A stretch of 64,000 bases of DNA from Eledone cirrhosa (taxonomy: Eukaryota). The notes below the pieces were generated by a model. That model was not told the DNA's origin and ran no database searches. It saw only the letters and a program-made list of their open reading frames with translations. The translations under genes were made by a program, and so were the position numbers. Below are positions 22,121 through 37,100 of the stretch, piece by piece. Where the stretch lies: positions 25,978,001 through 26,042,000 of the forward strand of contig OZ024744.1 in assembly GCA_964016885.1 (NCBI GenBank), in the 5' to 3' direction. Numbering within the stretch: position 1 is the stretch's first letter; every line of letters starts with the position of its first letter.

Positions 22121-25100
22121 CAACCGTTGATACCAGCCTTTAAGTCGGTCTGTGTAACACTGTGTGCCAGGTGATTTAAACAATGTCAAACAACCGTTGA
22201 TACCAGCTTTTAAGTCCATGTGTGTAAAACTGAGGCCATGTGATTTAAACCATGTCAAGCAACCGTTGATACCAGCCTTTAAGTCCATCTGTGAAAAAAT
22301 GAGGCCATGTGATTTAAACCATGTCAAACAACCGTTGATACCAGACTTTAAGTCCATCTGTGTAAAACTGAGCGCTATGTGATTTAAACCATGTCAAATA
22401 ACCGTTGATACCAGCCTTTTAGTCAATTTGTGTAACACTGAGTGCCAGGTGATTTAAACCATTTCAAACAACCGTTCATACCAGCCTTTAAGTCCGTTTG
22501 TGTAACACTGAGTGCCAGGTGATTTAAACCATGTCAAATAACCGTTGATACCAGCCTTTAAGTCGATCTGTGTGACACTGAGGGCCATGAAACATAAATC
22601 ATTTCAAACAACCATTGATACCAGACTTTAAGTCCATTTGTGTAACACTGAGAGCCATGTGATTTAAACCATGTCAAATAACCGTTGATACCAGCCTTTA
22701 AGTCCATCTGTGTAAAACTGAGGCCATGTGATTTAACCCATGTCAAATAACCGTTGATACCAGCCTTTAAGTCCATTTGTGTAAAAGTGAGGCCATGTGA
22801 TTTAAACCATGTCAAACAACCGTTGATACCAGCCTTTAAGTCCATCTGTGTAAAACTGAGACCATGTGATTTAAACCATGTCAAATAACCGTTGATACCA
22901 GCCTTTTAGTTTATTTGTGTAACACTGAGTGCCAGGTGATTTAAACCATGTCAAATATCCGTTGATACCAGCCTTTAAGTCCATCTGTGTAAAACTGAGA
23001 CCATGTGATTTAAACCATGTCAAATAACCGTTGATACCAGCCTTTTAGTTTATTTGTGTAACACTGAGTGCCAGGTGATTTAAACCATGTCAAATATCCG
23101 TTGATACCAGCCTTTAAGTCCATCTGTGTAACACTGAGGGCCATGTGACTTAAACCATTTCAAACAACCAATGATACCGGACTTTAAGTCCATCTGTGTA
23201 AAAGTGAGGCCATGTGATTTAAACTATGTCAAACAACCGTTGATACCAGCATTTAAGTCCATCTGTGTAAAACTGAGACCATGTGATTTAAACCATGTCA
23301 AATAACCGTTGATACCAGCCTTTTAGTTTATTTGTGTAACACTGAGTGCCAGGTGATTTAAACCATGTCAAATATCCGTTGATACCAGCCTTTAAGTCCA
23401 TCTGTGTAACACTGAGGGCCATGTGACTTAAACCATTTCAAACAACCAATGATACCGGACTTTAAGTCCATCTGTGTAAAACTGAGAGCCAGGTCATTTG
23501 AACCATGTCAAACAACCGTTGATACCAGCCTTTAAGTCCATCTGTGTAAAACTGAGGCCATGTGATTTAAACCATGTCAAGCAACCGTTGATACCAGCCT
23601 TTAAGTCCATCTGTGTAACACTGAGTGCCAGGTGATTTAAACCATTTCAAACAACCGTTCATACCAGCCTTTAAGTCCGTTTGTGTAACACTGAGTGCCA
23701 GGTGATTTAAACCATGTCAAATAACCGTTGATACCAGCCTTTAAGTCGATCTGTGTAACACTGAGGGCCATGAAACATAAATCATTTCAAACAACCATTG
23801 ATACCAGACTTTAAGTCCATTTGTGTAACACTGAGAGCCATGTGATTTAAACCATGTCAAATAACCGTTGATACCAGCCTTTAAGTCCATCTGTGTAAAA
23901 CTGAGGCCATGTGATTTAACCCATGTCAAATAACCGTTGATACCAGCCTTTAAGTCCATTTGTGTAAAAGTGAGGCCATGTGATTTAAACCATGTCAAAT
24001 AACCGTTGATACCAGCCTTTTAGTTTATTTGTGTAACACTGAGTGCCAGGTGATTTAAACCATGTCAAATATCCGTTGATACCAGCCTTTAAGTCCATCT
24101 GTGTAACACTGAGGGCCATGTGACTTAAACCATTTCAAACAACCAATGATACCGGACTTTAAGTCCATCTGTGTAAAAGTGAGGCCATGTGATTTAAACT
24201 ATGTCAAACAACCGTTGATACCAGCATTTAAGTCCATCTGTGTAAAACTGAGACCATGTGATTTAAACCATGTCAAATAACCGTTGATACCAGCCTTTTA
24301 GTTTATTTGTGTAACACTGAGTGCCAGGTGATTTAAACCATGTCAAATATCCGTTGATACCAGCCTTTAAGTCCATCTGTGTAACACTGAGGGCCATGTG
24401 ACTTAAACCATTTCAAACAACCAATGATACCGGACTTTAAGTCCATCTGTGTAAAACTGAGAGCCAGGTCATTTGAACCATGTCAAACAACCGTTGATAC
24501 CAGCCTTTAAGTCCATCTGTGTAAAACTGAGGCCATGTGATTTAAACCATGTCAAGCAACCGTTGATACCAGCCTTTAAGTCCATCTGTGTAACACTGAG
24601 TGCCAGGTGATTTAAACCATTTCAAACAACCGTTCATACCAGCCTTTAAGTCCGTTTGTGTAACACTGAGTGCCAGGTGATTTAAACCATGTCAAATAAC
24701 CGTTGATACCAGCCTTTAAGTCGATCTGTGTAACACTGAGGGCCATGAAACATAAATCATTTCAAACAACCATTGATACCAGACTTTAAGTCCATTTGTG
24801 TAACACTGAGAGCCATGTGATTTAAACCATGTCAAATAACCGTTGATACCAGCCTTTAAGTCCATCTGTGTAAAACTGAGGCCATGTGATTTAACCCATG
24901 TCAAATAACCGTTGATACCAGCCTTTAAGTCCATTTGTGTAAAAGTGAGGCCATGTGATTTAAACCATGTCAAACAACCGTTGATACCAGCCTTTAAGTC
25001 CATCTGTGTAAAACTGAGACCATGTGATTTAAACCATGTCAAATAACCGTTGATACCAGCCTTTTAGTTTATTTGTGTAACACTGAGTGCCAGGTGATTT

Positions 25101-28100
25101 AAACCATGTCAAATATCCGTTGATACCAGCCTTTAAGTCCATCTGTGTAAAACTGAGACCATGTGATTTAAACCATGTCAAATAACCGTTGATACCAGCC
25201 TTTTAGTTTATTTGTGTAACACTGAGTGCCAGGTGATTTAAACCATGTCAAATATCCGTTGATACCAGCCTTTAAGTCCATCTGTGTAACACTGAGGGCC
25301 ATGTGACTTAAACCATTTCAAACAACCAATGATACCGGACTTTAAGTCCATCTGTGTAAAAGTGAGGCCATGTGATTTAAACTATGTCAAACAACCGTTG
25401 ATACCAGCATTTAAGTCCATCTGTGTAAAACTGAGACCATGTGATTTAAACCATGTCAAATAACCGTTGATACCAGCCTTTTAGTTTATTTGTGTAACAC
25501 TGAGTGCCAGGTGATTTAAACCATGTCAAATATCCGTTGATACCAGCCTTTAAGTCCATCTGTGTAACACTGAGGGCCATGTGACTTAAACCATTTCAAA
25601 CAACCAATGATACCGGACTTTAAGTCCATCTGTGTAAAACTGAGAGCCAGGTCATTTGAACCATGTCAAACAACCGTTGATACCAGCCTTTAAGTCCATC
25701 TGTGTAAAACTGAGGCCATGTGATTTAAACCATGTCAAACAACCGTTGATACCAGCCTTTAAGTCCATCTGTGTAAAACTGAGGGCCATGTGATTTAAAC
25801 CATGTCAAATAATCGTTGATACCAGTCTTTTAGTCCATTTGTGTAACACTGAGTGCCAGGTGATTTAAACCATCTTAAACAACCGTTGATACCAGCCTTT
25901 AAGTCCATTTGTGTAACACTGAGGGCCATGTGATTTAAACCATGTCAAACAACCGGTGATACCAGTCTTTAAGTCCATTTGTGTAACATTGAGTGCCAAG
26001 TGATTTAAACCATGTCAAACAACCGTTGATACGAGCCTTTATGTCCATTTGTGTAACACTGAGTGCCAGGTGATTTAAACCATGTCAAATATCCGTTGAT
26101 ACCAGCCTTTAAGTCCATCTGTGTAACACTGAGGGCCATGTGAGTTAAACCATTTCAAACAACCATTGATACCAGCCTTTAAGTCCATCTGTGTAACACT
26201 GAAGGCCATGTGATTTAAACCATATCAAACAACCGTTGATACCAGCCTTTGAGTCCATCTGTGTAAAACTGAGGGCCATGTGATTTAAACCATGTCAAGT
26301 AACTGTTAATACCAGACTTTTAGTCCATCTGTGTAAAACTGACGGCCATGTGATTTAAACCATGTCAAACAACCGTTGATACCAGCCTTTAAGTCCATTT
26401 GTGTAACACTGACGGCCATGTGATTTAAATCATGTCAAACAATCGGTGATACCAGCCTTTAAGTCCATATGTGTAAAACTGAGGCCATGTGATTTAAACC
26501 ATGTCAAACAACCGTTGATACCAGCCTTTAAGTCCATCTGTGTAAAACTGAGGGCCATGTGATTTAAACCATGTCAAATAACCGTTGATACCAGCCTTTT
26601 AGTCCATGTGTGTAACACTGAGTGCCAGGTGATTTAAATCATGTCAAACAACCATTGATACCAGCCTTTAAGTCCATTTGTGTAAAACTGAGGGCCATGT
26701 GATTTAAACCATGTCGAATAATCGTTGATACGAGCCTTTAAGTCCATCTGTGTAAAACTGAGGCCATGTGATTTAAACCATGTCAAATAATCGTTGATAC
26801 GAGCCTTTAAGTCCATCTGTATAAAACTGAGGGCCATGTGATTTAAACCATGTCAAATAATAGTTGATACGAGCCTTTAAGTCCATCTGTATAAAACTGA
26901 GGCCATGTGATTTAAACCATGTCAAACAACAGTTGATACCAGTCTTTAAGTCCATCTGTGTAACACTGAAGGCCATGTGATTTAACACATATCAAATAAT
27001 CGTTGATACGAGTCTTTAAGTCCATCTGTATAAAACTGAGGGCCATGTGATTTAAACCATGTCAAATAATCTTTGATACGAGCCTTTAAGTCCATCTGTA
27101 TAAAACTGAGGCCATGTGATTTAAACCATGTCAAATAACCGTTGATACCAGCCTTTAAGTCCATCTGTGTAAAACTGAGACCATGTGATTTAAACCATGT
27201 CAAACAACCGTTGATACCAGCCTATTAGTCAATTTGTGTAACACTGAGTGCCAGGTGATTTAAACCATGTCAAACAATCGTTTATACCAGCCTTTAAGTC
27301 CATTTGTGTAACACTGAGTGCCAGGTGACTTAAACCATTTCAAACAACCATTGATACCAGCCTTTAAGTCCATTTGTGTAACATTGAGGGCCATTTGACT
27401 TAAACCATTTCAACCTACCATTGATACCAGCCTTTAAGTCCATCTGTGTAAAGCTGAGGGCCATGTGATTTAAACCATGTCAAATAACCGTTGATACCAG
27501 CCTTTTAGTCCATTGGTGTAACACTGAGTGCCAGGTGATTTAAACCATGTCAAAGAACCGTTGATACCAGCCTTTAAGTCCATTTGTGTAACACTGAGGG
27601 CCATGTGATTTAAATCATGTCAAACAACCGGTGATACCAGCCTTTAAGTCCATCTGTGTAAAACTGAGGGCCATGTGATTTAAACCATGTCAAATAACAG
27701 TTGATACCAGCCTTTTAGTCCATGTGTGTAACACTGAGTGCCAGGTGATTTGAATCATGTCAAACAACCGTTGATACCAGCCTTTAAGTCCATTTGTGTA
27801 ACACTGAGTACCAGGTGATTTAAACCATGTCAAATAACCGTTGATACCAGCCTTTAAGTCCATGTATGTAACACTGAGGGACATGTGATTTAAACCATGT
27901 CAAACAACCATTGATACCAGCCTTTAAGTCCATTTGTGTAACACTGAGGGCCATGTAACTTAAACCATTTCAAACAACCATTGATACCAGACTTTAAGTC
28001 CATTTGTGTAACACTGAGGGCCATGTGATTTAAACCATGTCAAATAATCGTTGATACGAGCCTTTAAGTCCATCTGTATAAAACTGAGGCCATGTGATTT

Positions 28101-31100
28101 AAACCATGTCAAACAACCGTTGATACCAGCCTTTAAGTCCATCTGTGTAAAACTAAGGCCATGTGATTTAACCCATGTCAAATAACCGTTGATACCAGCC
28201 TTTAAGTCCATCTGTGTAAAACTGAGACCATGTGATTTAAACCATGTCAAAAAACCGTTGATACCAGCCTATTAGTCCATTTGTGTAACACTGAGTGCCA
28301 GGTGATTTAAACCATGTCAAACAACCGTTTATACCAGCCTTTAAGTCCATTTGTGTAACACTGAGTGCCAGGTGACTTAAACCATTTCAAACAACCATTG
28401 ATACCAGCCTTTAAGTCCATTTGTGTAACATTGAGATCCATGTAATTTAAACCATGTCAAACAACCGTTGATACCAATCCTTTAAGTCCATTTGTGTAAC
28501 ATTGAGTGCCAAGTGATTTAAACCATGTCAAACAACCGTTGATACCAGCCTTTAAGTCCATTTGTGTAAGACTGAGTGCCAGGTGATTTAAACCATGTCA
28601 AATATCCGTTGATACCAGACTTTAAGTCCATCTGTGTAAAACTGAGGGCCATGTGATTAAAACCATGACAACCGTTGATACCAGCCTTTAAGTCCATTTG
28701 TGTAACATTGAGATCCATGTAATTTAAACCATGTCAAACAACCGTTAATACCAGCCTTTAAGTCCATTTGTGTAACACTGAGGGCCATGTGACTTAAACC
28801 ATTTCAAACTAACATTGATACCAGCCTTTAAGTCCATATGTGTAAAACTGAGGCCATGTGATTTAAACCATGTCAAACACCGTTGATACCAGCCTTTAAG
28901 TCCATCTGTGTAAAACTGAGGGCCATGTCATTTAAACCATGTCAAATAACCGTTGATACCAGCCTTTAAGTCCCTCTGTGTAAAACTGAGGGCCATGTGA
29001 TTTAAACCATGTCAAATAACCGTTGATACCAGCCTTTTAGTCCATGTGTGTAACACTGAGTGCCAGGTGATTTAAATCATGTCAAACAACCATTGATACC
29101 AGCCTTTAAGTCCATTTGTGTAAAACTGAGGGCCATGTGTTTTAAACCATGTCGAATAATCGTTGATACGAGCCTTTAAGTCCATCTGTGTAAAACTGAG
29201 GCCATGTGATTTAAACCATGTCAAATAATCGTTGATACGAGACTTTAAGTCCATCTGTATAAAACTGAGGGCCATGTGATTTAAACCATGTCAAATAATA
29301 GTTGATACGAGCCTTTAAGTCCATCTGTATAAAACTGAGGCCATGTGATTTAAACCATGTCAAACAACAGTTGATACCAGTCTTTAAGTCCATCTGTGTA
29401 ACACTGAAGGCCATGTGATTTAACACATATCAAATAATCGTTGATACGAGTCTTTAAGTCCATCTGTATAAAACTGAGGGCCATGTGATTTAAACCATGT
29501 CAAATAATCGTTGATACGAGCCTTTAAGTCCATCTGTATAAAACTGAGGCCATGTGATTTAAACCATGTCAAATAACCGTTGATACCAGCCTTTAAGTCC
29601 ATCTGTGTAAAACTGAGACCATGTGATTTAAACCATGTCAAACAACCGTTGATACCAGCCTATTAGTCAATTTGTGTAACACTGAGTGCCAGGTGATTTA
29701 AACCATGTCAAACAATCGTTTATACCAGCCTTTAAGTCCATTTGTGTAACACTGAGTGCCAGGTGACTTAAACCATTTCAAACAACCATTGATACCAGCC
29801 TTTAAGTCCATTTGTGTAACATTGAGGGCCATTTGACTTAAACCATTTCAAACTACCATTGATACCAGCCTTTAATTCCATCTGTGTAAAGCTGAGGGCC
29901 ATGTGATTTAAACCATGTCAAATAACCGTTGATACCAGCCTTTTAGTCCATTTGTGTAACACTGAGTGCCAGGTGATTTAAACCATGTCAAAGAACCGTT
30001 GATACCAGCCTTTAAGTCCATTTGTGTAACACTGAGGGCCATGTGATTTAAATCATGTCAAACAACCGGTGATACCAGCCTTTAAGTCCATATGTGTAAA
30101 ACTGAGCCCATGTGATTTAAACCATGTCAAACAACCGTTGATACCAGCCTTTAAGTCCATCTGTGTAAAACTGAGGGCCATGTGATTTAAACCATGTCAA
30201 ATAACAGTTGATACCAGCCTTTTAGTCCATGTGTGTAACACTGAGTGCCAGGTGATTTGAATCATGTCAAACAACCGTTGATACCAGCCTTTAAGTCCAT
30301 TTGTGTAACACTGTGTACCAGGTGATTTAAACCATGTCAAATAACCGTTGATACCAGCCTTTAAGTCCATGTATGTAACACTGAGGGACATGTGATTTAA
30401 ACCATGTCAAACAACCATTGATACCAGCCTTTAAGTCCATTTGTGTAACACTGAGGGCCATGTAACTTAAACCATTTCAAACAACCATTGATACCAGACT
30501 TTAAGTCCATTTGTGTAACACTGAGGGCCATGTGATTTAAACCATGTCAAATAATCGTTGATACGAGCCTTTAAGTCCATCTGTATAAAACTGAGGCCAT
30601 GTGATTTAAACCATGTCAAACAACCGTTGATACCAGCCTTTAAGTCCATCTGTGTAAAACTAAGGCCATGTGATTTAACCCATGTCAAATAACCGTTGAT
30701 ACCAGCCTTTAAGTCCATCTGTGTAAAACTGAGACCATGTGATTTAAACCATGTCAAATAATCGTTGATACGAGCCTTTAAGTCCATGTGTATAAAACTG
30801 AGGCCATGTGATTTAAACCATGTCAAATAACCGTTGATACCAGCCTTTAAGTCCATCTGTGTAACACTGAGTGCCAGGTGATTTAAACCATGTCAAACAA
30901 TCGTTTATACCAGCCTTTAAGTCCATTTGTGTAACACTGAGTGCCAGGTGACTTAAACCATTTCAAACAACCATTGATACCAGTCTTTAAGTCCATTTGT
31001 GTAACATTGAGGGCCATTTGACTTAAACCATTTCAAACTACCATTGATACCAGCCTTTAAGTCCATCTGTGTAAAGCTGAGGGCCATGTGATTTAAACCA

Positions 31101-34100
31101 TGTCAAATAACCGTTGATACCAGCCTTTTAGTCCATTTGTGTAACACTGAGTGCCAGGTGATTTAAACCATGTCAAAGAACCGTTGATACCAGCCTTTAA
31201 GTCCATTTGTGTAACACTGAGGGCCATGTGATTTAAACCATGTCAAATAATCGTTGATACCAGCCTTTAAGTCCATTTGTGTAAGACTGAGTGCCAGGTG
31301 ATTTAAACCATGTCAAATATCCGTTGATACCAGACTTTAAGTCCATCTGTGTAAAACTGAGGGCCATGTGATTAAAACCATGACAACCGTTGATACCAGC
31401 CTTTAAGTCCATTTGTGTAACACTGAGGGCCATGTGACTTAAACCATTTCAAACTACCATTGATACCAGCCTTTAAGTCCATATGTGTAAAACTGAGGCC
31501 ATGTGATTTAAACCATGTCAAACACCGTTGATACCAGCCTTTAAGTCCATCTGTGTAAAACTGAGGGCCATGTCATTTAAACCATGTCAAATAACCGTTG
31601 ATACCAGCCTTTAAGTCCATCTGTGTAAAACTGAGGGCCATGTGATTTAAACCATGTCAAATAACCGTTGATACCAGCCTTTTAGTCCATGTGTGTAACA
31701 CTGAGTGCCAGGTGATTTAAATCATGTCAAACAACCATTGATACCAGCCTTTAAGTCCATTTGTGTAAAACTGAGGGCCATGTGTTTTAAACCATGTCGA
31801 ATAATCGTTGATACGAGCCTTTAAGTCCATCTGTGTAAAACTGAGGCCATGTGATTTAAACCATGTCAAATAATCGTTGATACGAGCCTTTAAGTCCATC
31901 TGTATAAAACTGAGGGCCATGTGATTTAAACCATGTCAAATAATAGTTGATACGAGCCTTTAAGTCCATCTGTATAAAACTGAGGCCATGTGATTTAAAC
32001 CATGTCAAACAACAGTTGATACCAGTCTTTAAGTCCATCTGTGTAACACTGAAGGCCATGTGATTTAACACATATCAAATAATCGTTGATACGAGTCTTT
32101 AAGTCCATCTGTATAAAACTGAGGGCCATGTGATTTAAACCATGTCAAATAATCGTTGATACGAGCCTTTAAGTTCATCTGTATAAAACTGAGGCCATGT
32201 GATTTAAACCATGTCAAATAACCGTTGATACCAGCCTTTAAGTCCATCTGTGTAAAACTGAGACCATGTGATTTAAACCATGTCAAACAACCGTTGATAC
32301 CAGCCTATTAGTCAATTTGTGTAACACTGAGTGCCAGGTGATTTAAACCATGTCAAACAATCGTTTATACCAGCCTTTAAGTCCATTTGTGTAACACTGA
32401 GTGCCAGGTGACTTAAACCATTTCAAACAACCATTGATACCAGCCTTTAAGTCCATTTGTGTAACATTGAGGGCCATTTGACTTAAACCATTTCAAACTA
32501 CCATTGATACCAGCCTTTAATTCCATCTGTGTAAAGCTGAGGGCCATGTGATTTAAACCATGTCAAATAACCGTTGATACCAGCCTTTTAGTCCATTTGT
32601 GTAACACTGAGTGCCAGGTGATTTAAACCATGTCAAAGAACCGTTGATACCAGCCTTTAAGTCCATTTGTGTAACACTGAGGGCCATGTGATTTAAATCA
32701 TGTCAAACAACCGGTGATACCAGCCTTTAAGTCCATATGTGTAAAACTGAGCCCATGTGATTTAAACCATGTCAAACAACCGTTGATACCAGCCTTTAAG
32801 TCCATCTGTGTAAAACTGAGGGCCATGTGATTTAAACCATGTCAAATAACAGTTGATACCAGCCTTTTAGTCCATGTGTGTAACACTGAGTGCCAGGTGA
32901 TTTGAATCATGTCAAACAACCGTTGATACCAGCCTTTAAGTCCATTTGTGTAACACTGAGTACCAGGTGATTTAAACCATGTCAAATAACCGTTGATACC
33001 AGCCTTTAAGTCCATGTATGTAACACTGAGGGACATGTGATTTAAACCATGTCAAACAACCATTGATACCAGCCTTTAAGTCCATTTGTGTAACACTGAG
33101 GGCCATGTAACTTAAACCATTTCAAACAACCATTGATACCAGACTTTAAGTCCATTTGTGTAACACTGAGGGCCATGTGATTTAAACCATGTCAAATAAT
33201 CGTTGATACGAGCCTTTAAGTCCATCTGTATAAAACTGAGGCCATGTGATTTAAACCATGTCAAACAACCGTTGATACCAGCCTTTAAGTCCATCTGTGT
33301 AAAACTAAGGCCATGTGATTTAACCCATGTCAAATAACCGTTGATACCAGCCTTTAAGTCCATCTGTGTAAAACTGAGACCATGTGATTTAAACCATGTC
33401 AAAAAACCGTTGATACCAGCCTATTAGTCCATTTGTGTAACACTGAGTGCCAGGTGATTTAAACCATGTCAAACAACCGTTTATACCAGCCTTTAAGTCC
33501 ATTTGTGTAACACTGAGTGCCAGGTGACTTAAACCATTTCAAACAACCATTGATACCAGCCTTTAAGTCCATTTGTGTAACATTGAGATCCATGTAATTT
33601 AAACCATGTCAAACAACCGTTGATACCTATCCTTTAAGTCCATTTGTGTAACATTGAGTGCCAAGTGATTTAAACCATGTCAAACAACCGTTGATACCAG
33701 CCTTTAAGTCCATTTGTGTACGACTGAGTGCCAGGTGATTTAAACCATGTCAAATATCCGTTGATACCAGACTTTAAGTCCATCTGTGTAAAACTGATGG
33801 CCATGTGATTTAAACCATGACAACCGTTGATACCAGCCTTTAAGTCCATTTGTATAACATTGAGATCCATGTAATTTAAACCATGTGAAACAACCGTTGA
33901 TACCAGCCTTTAAGTCCATTTGTGTAACACTGAGGGCCATGTGACTTAAACCATTTCAAACTACCATTGATACCAGCCTTTAAGTCCATATGTGTAAAAC
34001 TGAGGCCATGTGATTTAAACCATGTCAAACACCGTTGATACCAGCCTTTAAGTCCATCTGTGTAAAACTGAGGGCCATGTCATTTAAACCATGTCAAATA

Positions 34101-37100
34101 ACCGTTGATACCAGCCTTTTAGTCCATGTGTGTAACACTAAGTGCCATGTGAATTAAACCATGTCAAATAATCGTTGATACGAGCCTTTAAGTCCATCTG
34201 TATAAAACTGAGGCCATGTGATTTAAACCATGTCAAACAACCGTTGATACCAGCCTTTAAGTCCATCTGTGTAAAACTAAGGCCATGTGATTTAACACAT
34301 GTCAAATAACCGTTGATACCAGCCTTTAAGTCCATCTGTGTAAAACTGAGACCATGTGATTTAAACCATGTCAAACAACCGTTGATACCAGCCTATTAGT
34401 CCATTTGTGTAACACTGTGTGCCAGGCGATTTAAACCATGTCAAACAACCGTTTATACCAGCCTTTAAGTCCATTTGTGTAACACTGAGGGCCAGGTGAC
34501 TTAAACCATTTCAAACAACCATTGATACCAGCCTTTAAGTCCATTTGTGTAACATTGAGATCCATGTGATTTAAACCATGTCAAACAACCGTTGATACCA
34601 GCCTTTAAGCCCATTTGTGTAACATTGAGTGCCAAGTGATTTAAACCATGTCAAACAACCGTTGATACCAGCCTTTAAGTCCATTTGTGTAAGACTGAGT
34701 GCCAGGTGATTTAAACCATGTCAAATATCCGTTGATACCAGACTTTAAGTCCATCTGTGTAACACTGAGGGCCATGTGACTTAAACCATTTCAAACTACC
34801 ATTGATACCAGCCTTTAAGTCCATCTGTGTAACACTGAGGGCCATGTGATTTAAATCATGTCAAACAACCGTTGATACCAGCCTTTATGTCCATCTCTGT
34901 AAAGCTGAGGGCCATGTGATTTAAACCATGTCAAATAACCGTTGATACCAGCCTTTTAGTCCATTTGTGTAACACTGAGTGCCAGGTGATTTAAACCATG
35001 TCAAACAACCGTTGATTCCAGCCTTTAAGTCCATTTGTGTAACACTGAGGGCCATGTGATTTAAATCATGTCAAACAACCGGTGATACCAGCCTTTAAGT
35101 CCATATGTGTAAAACTGAGGCCATGTGATTTAAACCATGTCAAACAACCGTTGATACCAGCCTTTAAGTCCATCTGTGTAAAACTGAGGGCCATGTGATT
35201 TAAACCATGTCAAATAACAGTTGATACCAGCCTTTTAGTCCATGTGTGTAACACTGAGTGCCAGGTGATTTAAATCATGTCAAACAACCGTTGATACCAG
35301 CCTTTAAGTCCATTTGTGTAACACTGAGTACCAGGTGATTTAAACCATGTCAACTAACCGTTGATACCAGCCTTTAAGTCCATCTATGTAACACTGAGGG
35401 ACATGTGATTTAAACCATGTCAAACAACCATTGATACCAGCCTTTAAGTCCATTTGTGTAACACTGAGGGCCATGTGATTTAAACCATGTCAAATAATCG
35501 TTGATACGAGCCTTTAAGTCCATCTGTATAAAACTGAGGCCATGTGATTTAAACCATGTCAAACAACCGTTGATACCAGCCTTTAAGTCCATCTGTGTAT
35601 AACTAAGGCCATGTGATTTAACCCATGTCAAATAACCGTTGATACCAGCCTTTAAGTCCATCTGTGTAACACTGAGGGCCATGTGACTTAAAGCATTTCA
35701 AACTACCATTGATACCAGCCTTTAAGTCCATCTGTGTAACACTGAGGGCCATGTGATTTAAATCATGTCAAACAACCGTTGATACCAGCCTTTAAGTCCA
35801 TTTGTGTAAGACTGAGTGCCAGGTGATTTAAACCATGTCAAATATCCGTTGATACCAGACTTTAAGTCCATCTGTGTAAAACTGAGGGCCATGTGATTTA
35901 AACCATGACAAATAACCTTTGATACCAGCCTTTAAGTCCATTTGTGTAACATTGAGATCCATGTAATTTAAACCATGTGAAACAACCGTTGATACCAGCC
36001 TTTAAGTCCATTTGTGTAACACTGAGGGCCATGTGATTTAAACCATTTCAAACTACCATTGATACCAGCCTTTAAGTCCATCTGTGTAAAACTGAGGGCC
36101 ATGTGATTTAAACCATGACAAATAACCGTTGATACCAGCATTTTAGTCCATTTGTGTAACACTGAGTGCCAGGTGATTTAAACCATGTCAAACAACCGTT
36201 GATACCAGCCTTTAAGTCCATATGTGTAAAACTGAGGCCATGTGATTTAAACCATGTCAAACAACCGTTGATACCAGCCTTTAAGTCCATCTGTGTAAAA
36301 CTGAGGGCCATGTCATTTAAACCATGTCAAATAACCGTTGATACCAGCCTTTTAGTCCATGTGTGTAACACTAAGTGCCAGGTGATTTAAATCATGTCAA
36401 ACAACCGTTGATACCAGCCTTTAAGTCCATCTGTGTAAAACTGAGGCCATGTGATTTAAACCATGTCAAATAATCGTTGATACGAGCCTTTAAGTCCATC
36501 TGTATAAAACTGAGGGCCATGTGATTTAAACCATGTCAAATAATCGTTGATACGAGCCTTTAAGTCCATCTGTGTAACACTGAGTGCCAGGTGATTTAAA
36601 CCATGTCAAACAACCGTTGATACCAGCCTTTAAGTCCATCTGTGTAAAACTAAGGCCATGTGATTTAACACATGTCAAATAACCGTTGATACCAGCCTTT
36701 AAGTCCATCTGTGTAAAACTGAGACCATGTGATTTAAACCATGTCAAACAACCGTTGATACCAGCCTATTAGTCCATTTGTGTAACACTGAGTGCCAGGC
36801 GATTTAAACCATGTCAAACAACCGTTTATACCAGCCTTTAAGTCCATTTGTGTAACACTGAGGGCCAGGTGACTTAAACCATTTCAAACAACCATTGATA
36901 CCAGCCTTTAAGTCCATTTGTGTAACATTGAGATCCATGTGATTTAAACCATGTCAAACAACCGTTGATACCAGCCTTTAAGCCCATTTGTGTAACATTG
37001 AGTGCCAAGTGATTTAAACCATGTCAAACAACCGTTGATACCAGCCTTTAAGTCCATTTGTGTAAGACTGAGTGCCAGGTGATTTAAACCATGTCAAATA

